64,000 nucleotides of DNA from a virus (taxonomy: Duplodnaviria; Caudoviricetes): IMG/VR virus record IMGVR_UViG_3300025809_001850, one strand, 5' to 3'. How positions within the stretch are numbered: the stretch's first letter is position 1; each line of letters begins with the position of its first letter. The notes under the pieces are model-generated. The model was not told where the DNA came from. It did no database searches and saw only the letters and a list, made by a program, of their open reading frames with translations. Of this stretch, positions 58,639 through 64,000 are shown piece after piece. The position numbers and the translations under genes are program-made.

Positions 58639-59698
58639 AGATGCAATTGAATTTGCGAAGTGGGTATTTGAAAAAAATCAAGTACCAAGCAAATATTCAA
58701 GTGTATGTGCAGATGTATTATTAAGTGCTGATGAACTTGGATTTAAGTCTCACGGATTAAGCAGACTTGGTTATTATATAAAACGAATTCAAGATGGAGT
58801 GATTGATGTAAATGCAACTCCTGAAATTGTGCGTGACAACAAGGCTTGTGTAACGATTGATGGTCACAATGCTCTTGGTCAAATCGTTGGTAAATACGCA
58901 ATGAATCAAGCAATTGCAAAAACTCAAGAACATGGAATCAGTTGCGTTGCAGTTAAAAATTCTTCACATTACGGAATCGCAAGTTATTATAGTCGGTATG
59001 CAACTGATCATAATTTAGTGGGAATGAGTTTTACAAACGCACGACCTGCGGTTGCACCATTCAACGGAGCAGAACCAAAAATGGGTACGAATCCATATGC
59101 AATCGCATTTCCATCCGATGAAAAATATCCATTTAGTATTGATTGTGCAACATCAGTTTATCAAAGAGGTGACTTGGAATTAATGGCAAGAAAAACACCA
59201 GACAACTATGTTCCAAATTGTGCGATAGTTTCTCAAAATGAAAATCTTACATTCGAAAGATCACTGCGTTGGTTGGAACGGGGAATAGCAGCGTTGACAC
59301 CAATTGGGGGCCATAAAGGTTCTGGATTAAGTATTGCAATAGAATTAATGTGTTCGGCATTTCAAAGTGGTGCTTATATGAGCAAACTAAGTGGACTTTA
59401 CGAAGGAGATACCAAAAACCCAAATTATGATATTGGTCATTTCTTTATTTGCATTGATCCAGAAAACTTTGCAGACTTAAAAGATTTCAAAAAAAATGTT
59501 GGTGATGTGATGCGTGAAATAAAATCAAGCAACAGTATTAAAGGTGAAGAAATTTTAGTTCCAGGAGAAGTAGAATATAATACATCTATCGATGTTCATA
59601 AAAACGGAATCGAAATTTCAGATGTGTTGCTTGAAGAATTAAAAAAACTTGGATTTGATTCATGGCAAAAGCAACACACGATAAACAATTTGAAATAG
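58622..59698 (+). CDS. Ldh_2 family (type-2 malate/L-lactate, AllD/ComC/DpkA-like) NAD(P)H oxidoreductase
   Basis: ADELGFKSHGLSRL, IDGHNALGQ, VAVKNSSHYGIA, GTNPYAIAFP, GGHKGSGL, GHFFICIDP, VPGE; likely start at ATG 58622. Confidence 0.9.
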   Translation: MKIKLKDAIEFAKWVFEKNQVPSKYSSVCADVLLSADELGFKSHGLSRLGYYIKRIQDGVIDVNATPEIVRDNKACVTIDGHNALGQIVGKYAMNQAIAKTQEHGISCVAVKNSSHYGIASYYSRYATDHNLVGMSFTNARPAVAPFNGAEPKMGTNPYAIAFPSDEKYPFSIDCATSVYQRGDLELMARKTPDNYVPNCAIVSQNENLTFERSLRWLERGIAALTPIGGHKGSGLSIAIELMCSAFQSGAYMSKLSGLYEGDTKNPNYDIGHFFICIDPENFADLKDFKKNVGDVMREIKSSNSIKGEEILVPGEVEYNTSIDVHKNGIEISDVLLEELKKLGFDSWQKQHTINNLK

Positions 59699-59913
59699 TC
59701 ATTGCAATATTAGGAATAATAGGAGGTGGAATAATTCCTTTTCCTGAACTGATCGGTTGGGGGTTTGTTGTTTTTGCGATTGTTAATTTTTTAAGTATCT
59801 TCTTTTTCGCAGGAAGAAAAATGTATTGGCTGGCAGCTCTTGCGTTTTATTTTGTGGTGGTAGATTCAATTGGAATATGGATTCATGTTATAGAAAAACA
59901 TTTTCTAAATTAA
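59662..59913 (+). CDS. small membrane protein
   Basis: 83 aa with about three hydrophobic segments. Confidence 0.55.
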   Translation: MAKATHDKQFEIVIAILGIIGGGIIPFPELIGWGFVVFAIVNFLSIFFFAGRKMYWLAALAFYFVVVDSIGIWIHVIEKHFLN

Positions 59914-59947
59914 TATAAACCATATCGTTATTATATTCGTTATATAC

Positions 59948-59977
59948 TTGACGATATGTACAAATTTGTGATATATT
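59948..59977 (+). promoter_or_regulatory. sigma70-like promoter upstream of beta-oxidation operon
   Basis: TTGACG (59948-59953), 18 nt, TATATT (59972-59977) with TGn extension. Confidence 0.55.
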
Positions 59978-59990
59978 TAATGTAACGGTT

Positions 59991-61238
59991 ATGAAAAAAA
60001 ATGTATATTTAGTAGATGGTACTCGGACTCCTTTTTGTAAAATGGGTACGACCTTCGCAAATACTTCAGCTGCAGACCTCGGTGTTTCTGCAACAAAGGC
60101 ACTATTTGCAAAGATAAATTTGAATCCGGATGTTATTGACGAAAGTGTAATGGGATGCGTATGTCAACCTGCTGATACTGCTAACATCACACGTGTAATT
60201 GCACTCAAATCGGGAGTACCTAAATGTGTTCCTGCGTATACGGTTCATCGTAATTGTGCAAGTGGTTTTGAATCAATTACACAAGCATCTGATAAAATTA
60301 ATGCTGATCGTGGAAGTGTATATTTAAGTGGTGGAACAGAGAATATGACACAAGCACCATTTTTGTACTCTAAAAGTGCAGTTGACAAATTTACCAAGTT
60401 GAGTAAGTGTAGAACATTTCGTGATCGTCTTCATACGATATTAAGTTTTCGTCCAAAAGATTTCGCACCAATAATTAGTTTACGATTAGGATTAAGTGAT
60501 ATTACCATTGGAATGAATATGGGTGAAACTGCTGAATTGATTGCACGAGAAAGTGGAGTGACACGATATCATCAAGATAAATTTGCGTTAGAATCTCATT
60601 TGAAAGCATTTGTAGCAATAGAAAAATTATCATCCGAGATTTCCCCATTTTATTTTACAGATGGAACATTTGTTGATGCCGACAACGGAATTCGTGGTGA
60701 ACAAAGTATGGGTGCTTTGGAAAAACTTAAACCTGTGTTTGATCGTAAACAAGGAACGGTAACTGCTGGCAATGCATCACAAATTACAGACGGAGCAGTA
60801 TCTTTATTGATTGCCGATGAAAAGGCAGTAAAGCAAAACAATTGGAATCCACTTGGTAGAATTTCAGCATATGCATACGCAGGTTGTGATCCTGAAAGAA
60901 TGGGATTGGGACCAGTATACGCAATTGAAAAAGTGTGCGAAGAAACTGGATACAAATTGAGTGACTTTGATTTAATTGAAATCAACGAAGCATTCGCTGC
61001 TCAAGTTCTTGCAGTTTGTAAACAACTCAAAAAAACCACAGACTTAGGTGAAGTTGATGATTCAATATTGAATGTCAATGGAGGAGCAATTGCTCTTGGT
61101 CATCCAGTTGGATCAAGTGGGTCACGCATCGCACTTACTACTTTGAAGGAACTTGAACGTCGTGGTGGTAAACGAGCATTAATTTCACTTTGTATCGGTG
61201 GAGGTCAAGGTGGTGCAATAATTTTGGAAAGAGATTAA
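59991..61238 (+). CDS. fadA: acetyl-CoA C-acyltransferase (3-ketoacyl-CoA thiolase)
   Basis: TVHRNCASG (catalytic Cys), VTAGNASQITDGA, NEAFAAQV, GAIALGHPVGSSG, SLCIGGGQG. Confidence 0.96.
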   Translation: MKKNVYLVDGTRTPFCKMGTTFANTSAADLGVSATKALFAKINLNPDVIDESVMGCVCQPADTANITRVIALKSGVPKCVPAYTVHRNCASGFESITQASDKINADRGSVYLSGGTENMTQAPFLYSKSAVDKFTKLSKCRTFRDRLHTILSFRPKDFAPIISLRLGLSDITIGMNMGETAELIARESGVTRYHQDKFALESHLKAFVAIEKLSSEISPFYFTDGTFVDADNGIRGEQSMGALEKLKPVFDRKQGTVTAGNASQITDGAVSLLIADEKAVKQNNWNPLGRISAYAYAGCDPERMGLGPVYAIEKVCEETGYKLSDFDLIEINEAFAAQVLAVCKQLKKTTDLGEVDDSILNVNGGAIALGHPVGSSGSRIALTTLKELERRGGKRALISLCIGGGQGGAIILERD

Positions 61239-61239
61239 T

Positions 61240-63315
61240 ATGAGCAATTCAATTAAACGAGAAGAATTTGGTGATGTTGTCACGATAACATTTGATCAAG
61301 AAAATTCAATTGCAAACGTATTCAATGAGAAAATGTTTTCGGAATTAAACGAACAACTTGATTTTATAGAAGATAATCAAGAATCAGTTAAAGGGGTTGT
61401 ATTTAATAGTGCAAAACCAAGTATCTTCATAGCAGGTGCTGATTTAAAATCATTTGCTGATGACCCATCACCTGAACGAATTTCACATTTAATAACTCTT
61501 GGTCAAAATACATTCAATCGAATTGAAGATTTACGAATTCCAAGTGTGGCCGCAATTCACGGTGCGTGTGTTGGTGGTGGATATGAGTTGGCACTTGCGT
61601 GTGACCATCGTGTTGCTACTTTAGATTCTGCAACTAAAATTGGATTACCTGAAACGATGCTTGGAATTATTCCTGCGTGGGGTGGATCAACAAGATTACC
61701 ACGAATGATTGGTTTACCTGGTGCAATGGGAATTATCCTTGCAGGTAAAATTGTTGTTCCAAAGTTGGCACTTAAACTCGGAATGGTTGATCGTGTAGTG
61801 TACAAAGAAAATTTAGATGCTTCTGCAAAAGCAATGTTGCTTAATGGCAAAAAGAAATACAAGTCTCATTTGTTAAATAGATTTCCGTTGAAATATATTG
61901 CCAAATCAAAAGCAATTAAGAATGTAATGAAAACAACAGGTGGAGTTTATCCTGCTCCATTAAAAGCAATTGATGTAATGATTAAGGGTCTTGGTTTAAG
62001 TCGTGACGAATCTTTAAAACTCGAAGAACAAGCATTCACGGAATTGCTCAACTCGGATGTAGCGAGTAATTTGGTCAACATATTTTTCCTGCAAGAACGA
62101 AGCAAAAAAACAAAAAGTGACAAAGAATTCAAAGTAAATAATACTGCGGTTATAGGTGCGGGAGTTATGGGAGCAGGAATCGCACAATGGATTAGTTCAA
62201 GAGGAATTAAAGTATTGCTTAAAGATATTAAACCAGAGTTTGTAGCAAAAGGAATTGCAAGCATAAACAAGTTGTACTCGGCAGCTGTCAATAAACGAGT
62301 AATGACCAAAGCAGAAGCATCTTCCAAGTTTAACAATGTTACACCAATCACGGAGTCATTGCCAATGAAGAACATTGACTTGGTGGTAGAAGCTGCAATT
62401 GAGCAACTTGATGTTAAACAGAATTTATTTGTGGAACTTGAAACACTTGTTCGTGATGATACAATTTTAGCAACTAACACATCAGCACTGAGCATCGTTG
62501 ATATTGCCGAGAAAATGCAACATAAAGAACGAGTTGTGGGTATTCACTATTTTAATCCTGTTCACAAAATGAAATTAGTGGAAGTGGTTCGTGGAGAATG
62601 TACAAGTGAAGAAACGATTCTTAAAGCAACTCAGTTTGTAAAGAAAACAGGTAAACTTCCTGTGATCGTAAAAGATTCACCTGGTTTTTTGGTAAATCGT
62701 ATTTTGATGCCTTATTTAATTGAAGCAGTAAATTTAGCAAATCACGGAGTTAGCATAGAACACACCGACAAACTTCTTCGTAAATTTGGAATGCCAATGG
62801 GACCATTTCGTTTGATTGACGAAGTTGGTGGTGATGTATGCCAACACGTTGCAGACGACTTATTAAATCGTCTTGAAACGAAGTTTCCAAATAGTAATCT
62901 TCTTAGACGAATGATTGAAGAAGGAAATCTCGGAAAGAAAACCGGCCAAGGATTTTACAAATACTCAAATGGAAAATCCAAGGGTGTGTGTGATGTTCCG
63001 GTGAATGATAACTTTAACACCGATTGTGAAAACGAAGAAATTGTTGATAGATTAATTTTAATTATGGTCAATGAAGCAATTCGTTGTTTACAAGAAAAAG
63101 TTGTAGAAAGTCCAAAAGATGTTGATTTTGGTATGATAATGGGAACAGGTTGGGCTCCGTTTCGTGGAGGACCTATTTCGTATTGTGATAATCTTGGTGC
63201 AGAAGAAGTTGTTAAAAAACTTAATAAACTTGCAACAAAAAACAAATACTTTGAACCATGTGAATTGTTGATTGAACACGCAAACAAAAATAAAAAATTC
63301 TACGGAGAAAAATAA
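61240..63315 (+). CDS. fadJ: multifunctional enoyl-CoA hydratase / 3-hydroxyacyl-CoA dehydrogenase (FadJ/FadB-type)
   Basis: FIAGADL, GGGYELALAC, GLPETMLGIIPAWGG (both crotonase Glu), VIGAGVMGAGIA, ATNTSAL, GIHYFNPV, PGFLVNRIL, PMGPFRLIDEVG. Confidence 0.96.
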   Translation: MSNSIKREEFGDVVTITFDQENSIANVFNEKMFSELNEQLDFIEDNQESVKGVVFNSAKPSIFIAGADLKSFADDPSPERISHLITLGQNTFNRIEDLRIPSVAAIHGACVGGGYELALACDHRVATLDSATKIGLPETMLGIIPAWGGSTRLPRMIGLPGAMGIILAGKIVVPKLALKLGMVDRVVYKENLDASAKAMLLNGKKKYKSHLLNRFPLKYIAKSKAIKNVMKTTGGVYPAPLKAIDVMIKGLGLSRDESLKLEEQAFTELLNSDVASNLVNIFFLQERSKKTKSDKEFKVNNTAVIGAGVMGAGIAQWISSRGIKVLLKDIKPEFVAKGIASINKLYSAAVNKRVMTKAEASSKFNNVTPITESLPMKNIDLVVEAAIEQLDVKQNLFVELETLVRDDTILATNTSALSIVDIAEKMQHKERVVGIHYFNPVHKMKLVEVVRGECTSEETILKATQFVKKTGKLPVIVKDSPGFLVNRILMPYLIEAVNLANHGVSIEHTDKLLRKFGMPMGPFRLIDEVGGDVCQHVADDLLNRLETKFPNSNLLRRMIEEGNLGKKTGQGFYKYSNGKSKGVCDVPVNDNFNTDCENEEIVDRLILIMVNEAIRCLQEKVVESPKDVDFGMIMGTGWAPFRGGPISYCDNLGAEEVVKKLNKLATKNKYFEPCELLIEHANKNKKFYGEK

Positions 63316-63317
63316 TT

Positions 63318-64000
63318 ATGAGTGAAATAGATACATCAAAAATGTCCAAGGGTAAAGCAGATGCCTTGGAAGCAGCTGAAGCTGCAAGAGATACCGGTAA
63401 AAAAGGTGTAAAAAGTTTTAGTGGTGGATTGTTCACCGGAGAAGCAAACTACGATTTGATTTATCCGTTTCCAAAACAAAAAGATGAAGACAAAGCAAAA
63501 GGAGATGATTTTCTTGGACAACTAAATGAAGTAATAGATAAGCACGTTGATGCAGATGCAATTGATCGTGAAGGAGAAATTCCTGACAAAGTATTTGAAG
63601 AACTCGCAAAGATTGGTGCATTTGCAATTAAAATTCCAACTGAATATGGTGGTCGTGGATTGTCACAAACCAACTACTCAAGAGCGGCAATGAGATTAGG
63701 AGAAGTGTGTGGTAATATTACTGCATTAGTATCAGCACATCAAAGTATCGGTGTTCCTCAACCACTGTTGTTATTTGGAACAGACGAACAAAAGAAAAAG
63801 CATCTTCCTCGTTTTGCTAAAGGTGAAATTAGTGCATTTGCGTTGACCGAAGAAACTGTAGGAAGTGATCCTGCTCAAATGGCAGTTTATGCAGAATTGT
63901 CGGAAGATAAAACTCATTATGTTTTGAACGGAGAAAAACTTTGGTGTACAAACGGAGTTAAAGCAAGTGTGATTATTGTAATGGCAAGAACACCTGATAC
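63318..64000 (+). CDS. fadE: acyl-CoA dehydrogenase (3'-truncated by window end)
   Basis: Absent from the ORF track. My translation starts MSEIDTSKMSKGKADALEAAEAAR and contains IPTEYGGRGLS, LVSAHQSIG, FGTDEQKKKHLPRFAKGEISAFALTEETVGSD and LNGEKLWCTNG. Confidence 0.93.
   Translation, partial: MSEIDTSKMSKGKADALEAAEAARDTGKKGVKSFSGGLFTGEANYDLIYPFPKQKDEDKAKGDDFLGQLNEVIDKHVDADAIDREGEIPDKVFEELAKIGAFAIKIPTEYGGRGLSQTNYSRAAMRLGEVCGNITALVSAHQSIGVPQPLLLFGTDEQKKKHLPRFAKGEISAFALTEETVGSDPAQMAVYAELSEDKTHYVLNGEKLWCTNGVKASVIIVMARTPD

Noticed and set aside
1-64000. Stop-codon reassignment as in some jumbo phages
   Set aside because: Well-known proteins (TerL, MCP, sheath, NrdA, RecA, FadJ) are full length in the standard code, and TAA, TAG and TGA all end genes at expected places.
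1-64000. tRNA, rRNA or tmRNA genes
   Set aside because: Intergenic gaps are short and AT-rich, and I saw no cloverleaf or T-loop signatures by eye; tRNAscan-SE/ARAGORN would settle it.
59991-64000. Eukaryotic giant-virus (NCLDV) origin suggested by the beta-oxidation genes
   Set aside because: Capsid, portal, terminase and sheath are T4-like Caudoviricetes genes, and promoters and RBSs are bacterial-type.

Overview
This is a 64-kb slice of a large, AT-rich T4-like (myovirus-type, probably jumbo) bacteriophage genome. Every supportable gene is on the + strand and reads in the standard code. Left half (about 1-39.8 kb): putative internal head proteins, large terminase, portal, prohead protease, acidic scaffold, major capsid, neck, tail sheath and tube, a tail-assembly chaperone with a probable programmed frameshift, a 2383-aa tape measure and baseplate genes. 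Right half: replication and nucleotide genes (compact PolA, gp32-like SSB, RecA/UvsX, 5'-3' exonuclease, helicase, NrdA/NrdB) interleaved with a large cargo of cellular-type genes. That cargo includes an intact PrkA(YeaG)-YeaH-SpoVR(YcgB) trio, a DNA methyltransferase, an exported trypsin-like protease, an Ldh_2-family oxidoreductase and a fatty-acid beta-oxidation operon (thiolase, FadJ-type multifunctional enzyme, acyl-CoA dehydrogenase running off the right end). NrdB lacks the radical tyrosine and has Glu at the first metal ligand (class Ic-like). Two promoter classes are visible: sigma70-like TTGAC-17-TAnnnT, and a repeated ATATTTAT motif often 4-7 nt before start codons. An unannotated 32-aa, 8-Cys peptide lies between nrdA and nrdB. 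Family assignments come from motif recognition by eye; no database searches were run.
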